The notes below the pieces were generated by a model. That model ran no database searches and was not told the origin of the DNA. It saw only the letters and a list, made by a program, of their open reading frames with translations. A stretch of 61,752 bases of DNA, the filler included, from Trichosphaerium sp. ATCC 40318 (Eukaryota > Protista > Tubulinea): NCBI GenBank assembly GCA_038496445.1. It is 3 parts of 3 records of this genome, joined end to end, with 100 filler letters (N's around TTAATTAATTAA, not from the genome) between each part and the next. Parts side by side here need not be neighbours in the genome. Positions count along the whole stretch, not along the records: positions 28,747 to 50,852 come from JALMLS010000190.1; positions 50,953 to 61,752 come from JALMLS010000297.1; 1 more part is not named here. One strand, given 5' to 3'. Both the position numbers and the translations under genes were made by a program. This document shows, piece by piece, positions 40,254-51,936 of the stretch; position 1 is the stretch's first letter, and each line of letters starts with the position of its first letter.

Positions 40254-41006
40254 TAGAGATGGCAGAAATACCGGTCCGAACCGGTTCCGGACCGAAACGC
40301 AAAGACCGGTCCGTAAACGGTCCAAACGGTCCGCTGTCAAAGGGAGTACCCTTGGAAAATCAGAAAAATAGCCGAAAAAGGAATTTTTGTCAAAGGGTAC
40401 TCCCTTGGATTTTTATCGGTCCAAACGGTCCCTGTCACAAAATCTCAGAACCCTCCATCTATTGACCTACTCACTGTGTGCATGCACATAAGGTGGCTGT
40501 ACACTTTTTGTGGCAGGTTTGAATATCACCACTTTTTTTTTTTCATACCTAAAATAGTTTAGATACTATTATTTCGCGTAAGCAATGCACTTGATAAGTT
40601 GCTCTACGCGCACAAAGTGATAAAAAGATGTTTGGGTGAAAGTGTATGAAAGTATGTAACATCACGTGATTTTGTCCAAATGTCAAAATAACGTCACCAC
40701 AGGCACATTGTGACTCAAAAAAAGTAGCGGTTAGGCCAGCGTGACCTTGTTTTACCGCGCTAAACTTAATTTTGTTAAAACGGGCTGATTGAGGGCTTTC
40801 AACCACTCTATGTGTAGAACTCTCAATTTTAAGGCGTTTCAGGCTACTTTTATTCAAAATAAAGTGAGTGGTGGTTCAAAAAGAAGCCACTTACATTGTT
40901 ATTCACTGAATGAATACTGCTCTTGTTCTAAATCACGGACCGGTTACGGACCGAAAACCGATATATTGAAACCGGACCGGTATCGGACCGGTATTTGCCA
41001 CCTCTA
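40254..41006. mobile_element. Non-autonomous hAT-type DNA transposon (753 bp)
   Basis: TIRs TAGAGATGGCAGAAATACCGGTCCGA / TCGGACCGGTATTTGCCACCTCTA; perfect 8-bp TSD CATGCGAG at 40246-40253 and 41007-41014; subterminal (A)CCGGTCC/GGACCG repeats; no transposase ORF. Confidence 0.93.
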
Positions 41007-41195
41007 CATGCGAGTCGCAGATATGTTCGATGACCGAAACAAGCTCCCAAGAGTAAAAGGAATATCGCAAGAGTGTATCAATGCTTCTTAAACAGGTAAT
41101 ACGAGCAAAATGAAAGGGTTTAACAAATAAACTCCATTGTGTACTTTAACTAAGTTGTTTTTATTTGATTAAAAGCACAGTAAAGTTGTTAGTGA

Positions 41196-41597
41196 CTAAC
41201 AGCTTCCACAAGCAGCTTCGCTCCAGCAACACCATTTATCACTTCTGATGCGAAAGCATAATGGAGATCCAGGGTAGCAGTATGCAGTTGAACCTAAAAA
41301 AGGTAAGTATTTAAGAATCATTCTTTGATTTTTAACATACATTGACCATTCTTTTCACGACCACGTTTACGCCATCCAGGAGGACACCATCCATTTGTAT
41401 CACATGTTTCGCCACACAACAATGGTCCTTGCTAAATGGGGCGTTAGTTAACATACAATGTAAAGTAGCAATAGACATACCTCAGTTGATCTCTTTTCGT
41501 GCATGTCTGGCATTTCTTCAGAGTCTTTAGATTGGGTTGTCAAGGCAATTGGTATCAACGCCAAAGTCACCAATAAAAATAATGTTGTTGTGTTCAT
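41196..41597 (-). CDS. Prepro Cys-rich secreted peptide (10 Cys), copy 1, 3 exons
   Basis: MNTTTLFLLVTLALIPIALTTQSKDSEEMPDMHEKR-STE|QGPLLCGETCDTNGWCPPGWRKRGREKNGQ|CSTAYCYPGSPLCFRIRSDKWCCWSEAACGSC-TAG with GT-AG introns. Confidence 0.88.
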
Positions 41598-41944
41598 TTG
41601 TTGTTTGTTTGAAGAAGAGGTTGGTTGTTGGTTGTTGTTTTGTATTTTGGTTTGAATGCACTTAGCAATCCAGTTTAAGTTAAGTCAGATTATTCACTGA
41701 AATAAAGTATCGTAAGTCGTTTACCTCATTTCTTTCGCTAAATCTTTTATCCATAATCTCTTTGGTATCAATACAGAGAACAGAAACAGGGTTTTAAAAC
41801 AGTATTAGACAGCATAACAAAGCTTCAACCCAATAACATATTAATAATTTACCGTAAATTTCACGTGAAATGGGAGACTTAAATTATATTGATATCTTAT
41901 TATAAATACAAACCATAACAAAAACAACCACACCTCATAGAACA

Positions 41945-42344
41945 ATGAAAACAACTTTTCTTTTTGCTTTTGTACTCATGGCATTAACTGTTGCCTTGGC
42001 GGTCCAATCTAAAGACTCTGAAGAAATGCCAGATATGCACAAAAAGAGATCAACTGAGGTGTGTCGACCCCTACTTCTACATTGTATGTTAACATGCCAT
42101 CTAGCAAGGACCATTATTGTGTGGCGAAACATGTGATACAAATGGATGGTGTCCTCCTGGATGGCGTAAACGCGGCCGTGAAAAGAATGGTCAATGTATG
42201 TTAAAAATCAAAGAGTAGCAAACTTCTTAGTACTTACCTTTATTAGGTTCAACTGCATACTGCTACCCTGGATCTCCATTATGCTTTCGCATCAGAAGTG
42301 ATAAATGGTGTTGCTGGAGCGAAGCTGCTTGTGGAAGTTGCTAA
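41945..42344 (+). CDS. Prepro Cys-rich secreted peptide (100 aa, 10 Cys), copy 2, 3 exons
   Basis: MKTTFLFAFVLMALTVALAVQSKDSEEMPDMHKKR followed by the same 65-aa mature peptide; TAA at 42342-42344. Confidence 0.88.
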
Positions 42345-42826
42345 TATAGCAAAGTCATACTTGTTATACCAATCACGTTGTCTATCATAAACCTGTTTAT
42401 TAAAAACATCAAACATTTCTCTCGTTGTTTTTTTGTTCCCCTCACCATTTTGAATTACATCACTTGAATTTTAACCACTAACAATAGAGAATTTTTCTCT
42501 AAGCAGTTGAAGAAAAAGTAAAAAATGTGTCAGTGACACAGCAGTCAGCTACTCACCTGAAACTGCCGTATGCGATAGGTTAAGGTTTGTATTTCAAGGG
42601 GAAGATCTTAACAGAGATGCACAATAAGTACATTATATGCAATTATCATAGGAAATATGTGCCTTGCTCTTTTCAGCAAAAAAGGAACTTTTAATGCCTT
42701 ATTTAAGAGCAGCAACACCTTTTTCTGTCAAATGAATGGGCCAGATCTGCTTAAACAGTAATGTACTACTTATCCCTGATATGAGGCCGCAAACAACGCC
42801 GTTTAGAAAACAATTTTGTTCACTAT

Positions 42827-42925
42827 CTTATGCAACATCCCAAACAGCCAAAAATGATGCATACATACTACACGTGCATGTTGAATACAATACATCATTT
42901 CTGGCTGTTTGGGATGTTGCATAAG
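42827..42925. repeat. 99-nt hairpin with a 33-bp stem (tiny MITE or pre-miRNA-like)
   Basis: cttatgcaacatcccaaacagccaaaaatgatg ... catcatttctggctgtttgggatgttgcataag; one mismatch. Confidence 0.85.
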
Positions 42926-43379
42926 TTAGAAAGAGGAAAAAAACTGTAAACATTTTTGGAAAAAGTGCACTACAACAAATGAAAAGCGGTTAACTCGGTT
43001 TTATATCGCTAATCAAGATCAATAAGCTGAACTTGACGTTTTTTGCGGAGCCACGACTAACGTTTTAGTGTGCACAATCATGTTCGATGCACTACTACTC
43101 TTTATACACTTTCAAGGTATAAATGATGAACAAAAATAACCTAGCTAGAAGATTTTCACATTTTACAATAACGTCATACCATAAAAACAGTAAAACGTAT
43201 TTATTTTTTCTCACGGCTACAGGTTTATATTAAGCTCTCATACTTACTGTGTAGATTCAAAGCATGCAGTGCTTACACCGCAGCACATTCAACTGCTTAG
43301 CGAAAAATTCTCTACTGTTGTACTTTTTCCGTTTAGACCTTGGAAAAGCTGATGTATTGTATGTTTCATTCAAGTTTTA

Positions 43380-44010
43380 CTAATATTTTCTGGAAAGTGA
43401 GTTTTTAGCACTTTTAGCAGATCTACCAAGATCTGACACTTCTGTCAAATGGTGTAGATCTATCAGAATGTGAACTATTTGTGTTACAATGTTGTCCTTC
43501 ATGTATGCCTTAGGTACCTTACATGAGGCAAATGGCAAATATAAGGAGTGGTATAAAATGGTAAACCCAAGATACAACAGGCATGGGTAATGGGTAAAAA
43601 AACGGGAAAGAGGAAAACATGGTTTGACAATGGACAGATCAAATTTGAATGTAATATGATTGATAGAAAGCTAATGTGGGTCAATGGTAAACAACACGGT
43701 CTGGCCAAAGCGTGGCATGATAATGGGCAACTTAGCGTGGAATGTATCTGGATTAATTGTAAAAGCATGGCATGAAAGTGGACAACTTGAAGTACAATTA
43801 ATGTGGGTCAACGGTAAACAACACGGTCTGGCCAAAGCGTGGCATAATAATGGACAACTTGAGTCACAATCAATGTGGAGTGATTCCAAATTAAACGGTG
43901 AGGCCACAAGATGGTATGAGAATGGGCAAATTGAAATACAATGTATGTTTAATAATGGCAAAGAAGTTGTTGAGACAAAAGAGTGGCACGAAAATGGTGA
44001 ATGTAAATAG
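43380..44010 (+). pseudogene. MORN-variant repeat gene, frameshifted
   Basis: WHDNGQL, WHESGQLEVQLMWVNGKQHGLAKA and WYENGQIE repeats distributed over several frames. Confidence 0.8.
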
Positions 44011-44343
44011 AGTCGTCTATCACATGACCAATCATAGAATTTATTTACACCTGGCGCTACATACGACCTCCTTTAGTAAGCTTATTTATCCAATTGCAAA
44101 GTAAATATTTACTACCATCCAACTTACATTAAACCTCATTTTATTACAGCATCTCAACAAGCAAAGGTAGATTTTACATATGAAGGAATCAACGCAGTGT
44201 ACATACAGTCATGCTACCACTTATAAGGTAACAGACAATGGTATCAAGGCGTACATGAGATTTATCCATGCTACCACTTACAAAGGTGACAGATGAAGGT
44301 ATCAAGGCACATATTAACTTATTAATAACAGTATTTCCATCAA

Positions 44344-47300
44344 TTATGCAATCAGCATAGTTTTTATTATTGTTTGGATAACAGGATTATGACAACTAAT
44401 ATCAAGGCTTTGATTTCGAATCTTATCTGATAAGAGCTTATTCATCTTTTTACGCAACTTGTTCATAAGCACAGCTAAAAAACTAGTTAAAAAACTGTGT
44501 TTTTTCAAAAAGAAATTCGATTGGCGGGATGTGCATAAAACAATTAACAAAATAAATAGCTCAAGTAGGTTTGTTATATACATGTAAAAAAACTCCAAGG
44601 AACAAAAATTCCTGAGCACAAACATCACGTGATGTTGAATTGTAGGAAACATTTTTTGAACCAAAAAAAAGATTTTTTTGTTTCTGTCCGTACCCATTTT
44701 CCCAGGTAACTGAAAACTCATCCACTTATCAACATATACAGTTGGTTTAGAGTCGTTCCCATTTATTCTCACATCAACATTTTTACCAAAGAGTAATAAT
44801 GGAAATGGAGAAATCATAGTAGTGCCATGAATGAAAACTTTCGATGTTTTTACTTTTTCTGTAAAAACAAACCAAGTTGTTGGAAAGTCCTTCAGGGAGA
44901 AATTGACAGAAGATGGATGAATAAATACACTCTCACGATTAGCTAGTTCATATCTCCATGCTCTCTTAACGTCTATAAAAAGAGAGCAGTTAGAGAAGAG
45001 TAAACCACAAAAAGATGCTTACTGTCCCTATTTCTGACTTTCGCTTGAGCAACATTTGGGTATAATCCAGCAACAAGAATAGCTTTAATGAGTTCAATAT
45101 TGTCACCATTCTCATTATCTCTTTCGTCACCTGATCCAAAACCTGCTTCTCTAACAAGGTTCCTACAATTTGATACGTTAAGAGTTGAGCTTGATTATAA
45201 TTCGTTTTTGTTGGTTCATAGACCGATGACAAGTGCTAACGTACTTGAACTCTCGCTTCAATTTAGTAATAGTGTCAAGTGTTGTTTTAGATAAGTAATG
45301 ATCTCTACAGAACCTTGATCGATCTTTTGCTCTTGTTTCCCTTTTGAACAAATGTCAGCAATCGCAAACAAAACAACACTGACGACAATAAAGCGGAGAA
45401 TTCAAAAAGCTTAACCACTCACATGTACTCTTCATAGGCATGAAGGTTTGCTATTAAGTCAGAGTTTGATCCACCAGAGATGTTTTTCTTCTCAGCGTTG
45501 GCTTGATCTCTGTAAAAAAGTTAATTATATTGAGAACCAAAAAAAAAAGAAAAGACACGTATACCTTTCATCAAAATTACTAACAAAAGGTGTACGAAGT
45601 GTCAACGATGCACATATAGTCAATACAGAGTCTAAACATCCAAATATCGATGCGAATAACATCATCTTTCCCATTTGTGCTTCAACCTAAACCCGTCTTT
45701 AAGAAAAAATCATGAATCCGGTTTGATTATAGTACGGGTAGTTTAGCAAGATGTATGCCAAGTGGTGATAAATTTTCAGCTTCATCCATAGCGCCTATTC
45801 CTATTAAGGAATGTTTTGAATGTTGAATCGCAGAATCAGGAGGTTTTTCAAGTGCTCTCGATAAAAAGTTGCTAAAAAAAAGCTGTTAGAGGTATCAACC
45901 TTTACCTTTTTATGAAATAACAGACTTTGAATAGTCCAAACAACACGGCTATTGAACGACAACAATAAAGTCGTGTTCAAGTAAAATAACTAAAAGAATA
46001 ACTTACTCGATTCTTCCAAGTTTAAGCAGACGGATTTGCAAACACAGCTCATCCAATGGTACACGTTTGATCTCAGGTACTTCATATTCGGCCAAGCGAC
46101 TCATTTGGATCTCTGTAACAAGATGGAAACAGAAACCAGGCTTGACACGACCTGCACGACCACGACTATAAAAAAATAAGAAAAAGAACTCTGTTATGAT
46201 CTATACCGTTGTCGTGCTGATGCTTGAGAGGCGTAAACCTCTTGAAGAGAAGCCAGTCTAGACTTTGAATCCCATGTCTTTTGTTTAGCTTTACATGTGT
46301 TGATAACAAAGACAACATCATCAATTGTTACAGATGTTTCTGCAATGTTTGTTGAAATGACGATTTTTCGTACACCACGTGCTGGGCGCCTAAATATCTT
46401 GTTTTGGTCCTCTGAATATTACGCATTAGTATTGTTATAAAGTAAAAAAGAAACATACCTGTTGATAGCGAAGAATGGAGAGGATAAACATCAACTCTAT
46501 TGGTTCGAAAGAAACTTTCATCTAAAATATCATGGTAGAGTTTTCTAATCTCCGCCATACCAGGCATAAAGATGAGTATCTATAATGCAGTGAGTGAGCA
46601 CATTAAAATTGTTCAATTTGTAACATACGGCTCCTTCTTCGTATTGAGAGCAGATGTGCTTCACAAGTTGAACAATGAGGTGGTTGTTAATAATTTTGGG
46701 ATCAAGAGCCTCTAGAGCTCTTACAACGCTACTAGAGTATTTCTGCTGATACATTTCTGCTTCCCTTTATTATAAATCAATTAATAATCAATAAGGATAA
46801 AGATGAGAAGAAAAACGTACTCTTGTTTTAGAGTTTTTGGCTTCTTTCGAAGAACAAACTTGTTTGTAAGCTGTTTTGTGTTATATTTTGTTTTAAATAG
46901 AATGTCTTCCAGAAAATATTCTTGAACAGGATGAGTAAACCCAGGAATCTCGATTTGTGGGCATTTGAAGTATGAAGCAAATAAATCAGCATTAACCTAA
47001 GAAATACGAAATAAATGAGATAATAAGAAAAAATTAAGAAAGAGATAAGGAGTTCATACAGTGGCTGACATAAGAATAATCTTCAGGTCTTTTCTTTGCT
47101 TGATAAGCTCTTTCAATATAATCAACAAAAAATCACTACAGAGAACAATCAGAAGAGGTTCTGAGGTTTTTCATAGAAGGGTTGTTTTTTTTTAGTACCA
47201 GTTTAAGTCACGCTCATGAACTTCATCTAGGATTACATGTGATACGCCATGTAGAAATCTATCGTTCTGTAAACGGCGTAACATTACACCAGTTGTACAG

Positions 47301-49949
47301 AAGAGCACCTGTGTCTTCGCACTTCGCTTTGTTTCCAACCTGCAATAAAAATCAAAATCTATTACACTCGATTTCTAATACCTTATACTATAACCCACTT
47401 GGTTACCAACCTTTTCTCCTCGTTCAGCGGCCACCCTCTCAGCCACAGCAATTGCAGACAGTCGCCTTGGTTGTGTACAAATGATATTACACTCAGAACC
47501 ACGTCCTTCGTTTATGTACTTGTCAAGAATAACTTGACCAACCTGAGTAGTTTTACCGCAACCAGTTGACCCTATATAAACGGTAAATAACATTCAAAGG
47601 TGTAAATAAATGGACAAAAACGAAATAAAGCGATGAAGCTTACCAGAGAGGAGAACAACTTGATTATTACTAACAATTTCGATGATTTCATCTTTCATTT
47701 TGTAAGTTGGTAGCTTTGTCCTAAGTAGTGACTTAATGCTTCTGTACGCTAAGAAAGTGGAAGGGTACCTGATACGTTGCATTGATTGATATTTTTTATT
47801 ATTCTTCTGCTTATCTTGAAGGTCATCTAAAAGCCTTTCTGAATCTTCTTTTTGATGTTCTAGTTGTCTCTTTGTTTTGACACGTTCATAGTAAATTGGC
47901 TTCACTTCAGGTTCTGATACTACTACAGGCTTTGGTTTTGGCGTAACGAAAGCCTTCTATGGGTAGTAAGAAATTAAAATAGTTGTGGTTGATTTGTCTT
48001 ACCTTTTCGTTTTTGGCTTGCTCTTCTTGTAGTCGTGCTTGAGTTCTTTCAATAAAAAAGTTCTTTGATGCAGCTTTACCACCTCTATTACCAGATCCAC
48101 GACCTCTATTAGAACCGCGACCTACACCACCTGTATTGTTACCACCACGGCCTCTACCTCTGTTATTTGATCCTCTTCCTTTTCCGCGTCCGCGTCCACC
48201 TCGTCCTCTATTGTTTCTACCTCTTCCTCTACCATTTCTTCTTCCTCTTCCTTTGTTGTTGTAGTTATCTTCTTGACCTTTAGTCAAGGCATTGGGCTCC
48301 AGAGACTTGACTTGATCAGGAACGTTGTCTTGTACCCAACTTATAATTTCAAACAACATTGGAGAACCAATTAAGTCAGCGGCTTCTGGCAATCTTTTTG
48401 TTAATAGCTCTGATAGTACTAGGCTCAAGTTCTCTAAGAAATATTAAATAACATAGTATTGTTGGGGTATACATACTCGTTCACAAAAGCCATGAATGGG
48501 AGAACATTAGGGTAAGCACTTGTAGGTGGAATGTGAATTTCAAAAACACTTTTGTTTGGAATGTTGTCTAGTTTCATCTAGGGACACTAAGACCTTCATC
48601 TTTATGTTTATAAGTACCTCCATAGTTACTAGATTATCAGTACACGTAAGGCCTTCTTCAAAAATATCATTGAGACTCTCTATTTCCTCTTGTTTGTTCT
48701 CTTTCTGCTCCTATTTTTTCTTTAGTAAATTGTTGCTGTTCTTTTTTTTTCTTACTTCCTCATCTACGGATCCCTCAATCTCTTCAATATCTGATGGGAA
48801 GAATGTTTCCATAACGGCATACATAGCTTTTTGCTTGTCTTTATCACACTCAAGTAGAATTTTTTCAACTTTAGGCTCTGGTACACCATATTTTGAGCTT
48901 AACCTAAAATGAATCAATAAGTTTTCTTTTCTCCTAGACACCATCCACTTACATGCGAACATAATTATTAAGTTCAAATCCCAAACCACCCTTGCTTTCT
49001 GGGAGAATAACTTCTACCTAATAAAAGACCTGATTAGATAAGAAGTTGACTTAAATAAAACTTGCCTGCGTGGAAAGATTTGTGGACTTGAATTTCCTGG
49101 GTAACTCTGTCTCATCAAGATTGAGGCATAACCACCCAATAGCTTCATTAACATCGCCATTATTATTGCTTAATCCAAGTATAGCCTAAATCATTCATAA
49201 GAATAAATCACGTGGGGTTAAACGCCATACCTGTGTCTGAGTAAATCCCATACTTTTTATTCTGCCAATAGCTCTATTATCTTTTGTAGCATTGTAATTA
49301 CTGTCGCCTTCTTCGCTAGTTTCATCATCGCTCTAATGTTATCCTATAAATACCGTTTCCCTTCCGTTAAGGGGTTAACCATACCAAGTTCTTTAACATA
49401 TCTAAAAGCAAGAAAATGAGACAAGAAGAAAATAAGAAAAGGTCAAAAAAAATTATGTAAATTACCCATAATCATATCTTCGTTTTTTGAAGAGAAAGTA
49501 ACGTTCTCTGCGTTTGAAGGTCCTTTACGAAAAATATCTCGTCTCGCGGAAGGTTTTTTAGGTCCTCTTGGGCCTTTTCTACCTTTTTGAGTATTGTTAG
49601 TTACAAATAAATTAAAAAGGGCTTTAAAGCAATACCTTCAACGGCTACATCGCCGTAATCGTCCTAAAACGTATTTATGATAAAATTATAAGTTACTTGT
49701 TATTACCTGATGCTGTGAAGGATTCCATGGGCGTTGTTGTGAAGAAGCTTATACGTTTAGACACTTTAAGAATATTATACAGTACCTGCAGCCAATTTCG
49801 CCGCCTTCTTTTTTTCTACCGCTGTAAGCTATATATTTAATATTTCTAAGCGTACTCGCGCTTCCTGGTGGATTTGTCTTTTTGTTTTGACGCTTATTTG
49901 AGGCATTCTTCCTAAACTTCGCTTTCATGCGCTTTTTCTTTGGCGGCAT
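44344..49949 (-). CDS. DHX57: DExH-box RNA helicase, DHX57/DHX36/DHX29 group (UBA-like, RWD, helicase core, HA2, OB)
   Basis: [80 protein letters not shown]; [12 protein letters not shown] and an RWD-like segment (YPNVLP; [13 protein letters not shown]) favour DHX57. Confidence 0.88.
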
Positions 49950-50291
49950 GATGATTGTATACAAGACGGTGTTTTTTGAGCTCGATGTAGATATGAAACA
50001 GTCAAAGTGAGTACAACGAGTTTCAACTAAGATACTTGCAACGTTTACCAATAGAAAGTCAGACTGAGCAGAAATAAACCGCCACAGACTCAATCGCAAA
50101 TTTACGCGTATTGGGTGCTTGAAGCACGTGAAATCTCTAAAAATCACTAACACTATGCGTTGTACCAAGTTATACAAGCGCACTAGGAATTGGGATAGAA
50201 TGATAACTGCAAGTTCACCTATTACGTGAAATTGTTTACCTCTTGAATACAAAGTACAATAGAATCTTAACAATTTATTGTAACAGCAACG

Positions 50292-50852
50292 CTACTCTTC
50301 AGCACGAAACTTAACTGGACTATTGCTGATATGCGTATCACCAATCTTGATATCGACTTCATATCTTCCTTTCTTAGGAAGCATAACATCAACACGGTAT
50401 CTACCATTATTGAAATCTATCACGAAAAAAATTAGAAAATAAAGAAAGAATAGTAATAAATCAAACAGAAAATAAAACACAGCCATACCGAGCAGTTCAG
50501 GTTCGGTAAGTACAGGTCCGGCTACTTCAACATCAAAGTTATCACCTCCAGCAGTGCACTTGTTTCCAGAAGAATCTTTGGCCTAATAAACAGGTCAGAC
50601 TTTCAGGTCTAAACCACAAAAAAAAATAAAATAGTACATCAATGAGTATTGTAAGTTTCTTTCCAACTTTAGGATCACCCTTCATGTTTGCTACAGTCGT
50701 AGCTGGAGAAGCAACTATTCAACAAGTTATACCAAGTAGAGACGAGGTTTTTTACATACCTCCAGCGACAGTAATAAGAGTCTCTTCTTTGAGCACGTTT
50801 TGTCCTTTGTAAACAATACCAAGTTGGTATTGACCAATTCTACTTCCTTGGT
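50292..50852 (-). CDS. Filamin/ABP-120-type Ig repeat protein, 3' end (5' lost at contig end)
   Basis: AKDSSGNKCTAGGDNFDVEVAGP...DFNNGRYRVDVMLPKKGRYEVDIKIGDTHISNSPVK fits the filamin repeat consensus. Confidence 0.85.
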
Positions 50853-50952
50853 NNNNNNNNNNNNNNNNNNNNNNNNNNNNNNNNNNNNNNNNNNNNTTAA
50901 TTAATTAANNNNNNNNNNNNNNNNNNNNNNNNNNNNNNNNNNNNNNNNNNNN
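50853..50952. other. Artificial contig-joining linker
   Basis: 44 N + TTAATTAATTAA + 44 N. Confidence 0.97.
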
Positions 50953-51936
50953 TTTGGAGCGTTTATTCTCTTGTAGGAGTATGATTGCTGTTTTGATTAC
51001 GATTTCCAGGAGATACCAGATAACTCAACACTACATGATTTTACGAACGCGTGATTTTGAGAAACAAGTCTCCTACGGAAGAAAAACCTAATAAGTTTTT
51101 TTTTCAAACCCGATGTACTTTAATTAATAATAACTCAGTAACATAACGCCTAGTTCAATGGATTTTAACTGCAATGACGGCAAAATATAGTAAATTCTAC
51201 AAATTAATTTCTCCTCGGGGCGTGATGTACACGTTTTAGGACGAAACGACACAAATCATATTTTTTGCTTGACGACTTGACATTTATCCCTCGATAACAT
51301 TGCGTTATGGATGATAATTGGTACTCCTGTTTACGAGAATGTTTTGCTTCTAGTGACGGCGTTGATCTTTTTTATTCAATCATTCAATGTATAGCATCTT
51401 AATCAATCGGGAGACTTGGAATAAGGAGAGTTGTACATCTCTTTTCTTGTTGTTGACTATTAGGTAGTTTTTCTTTTTTAGAATATTCCATGTTCGCGAA
51501 AATCTCCTTGTTGTCATCATAACCCATCATTATGTTATTTAATAACACCTAATGAAGGTGTATTTACCAATACGGAGTTACGGAATGCACTCACTAGCGC
51601 TTTTTGGGATTTATGAGTTCGTTTTGCTAATAATTACAACTAACTTGCGCGAGAATTCTAACAGAGAATTCATGTTTTCTTCGTGTGTTTTGGTGTCTTT
51701 CACTAGAAACTTCGAAGGTGTTCGCTTTAACCCTGCATAGTTCCAAAAACACGTAGGTTTTTTCCACGACAATTTAAAGTAATTCAATATCAGGTGACGC
51801 AGTACGAAGCAGCGCTAGTTAAATTCGGAGATAATATTCGGACATTTTGATTTTAAGTGAGACTTTAATGTGATTTTTTCACTACACATCTTAACTGCAT
51901 GCGCCTTTATATTAATACTAAACTGCAAACGCAGCC

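Noticed and set aside
37646-44010. Integrated giant-virus genome segment or diversity-generating retroelement (MORN gene pair)
   Set aside because: No capsid, polymerase, packaging ATPase or reverse transcriptase; neighbours are intron-rich host genes; differences between copies are not adenine-specific.
48070-48260. RGG/Asn-rich low-complexity stretch as a separate element
   Set aside because: It is an in-frame RGG region of the DExH helicase, a common feature of RNA helicases.
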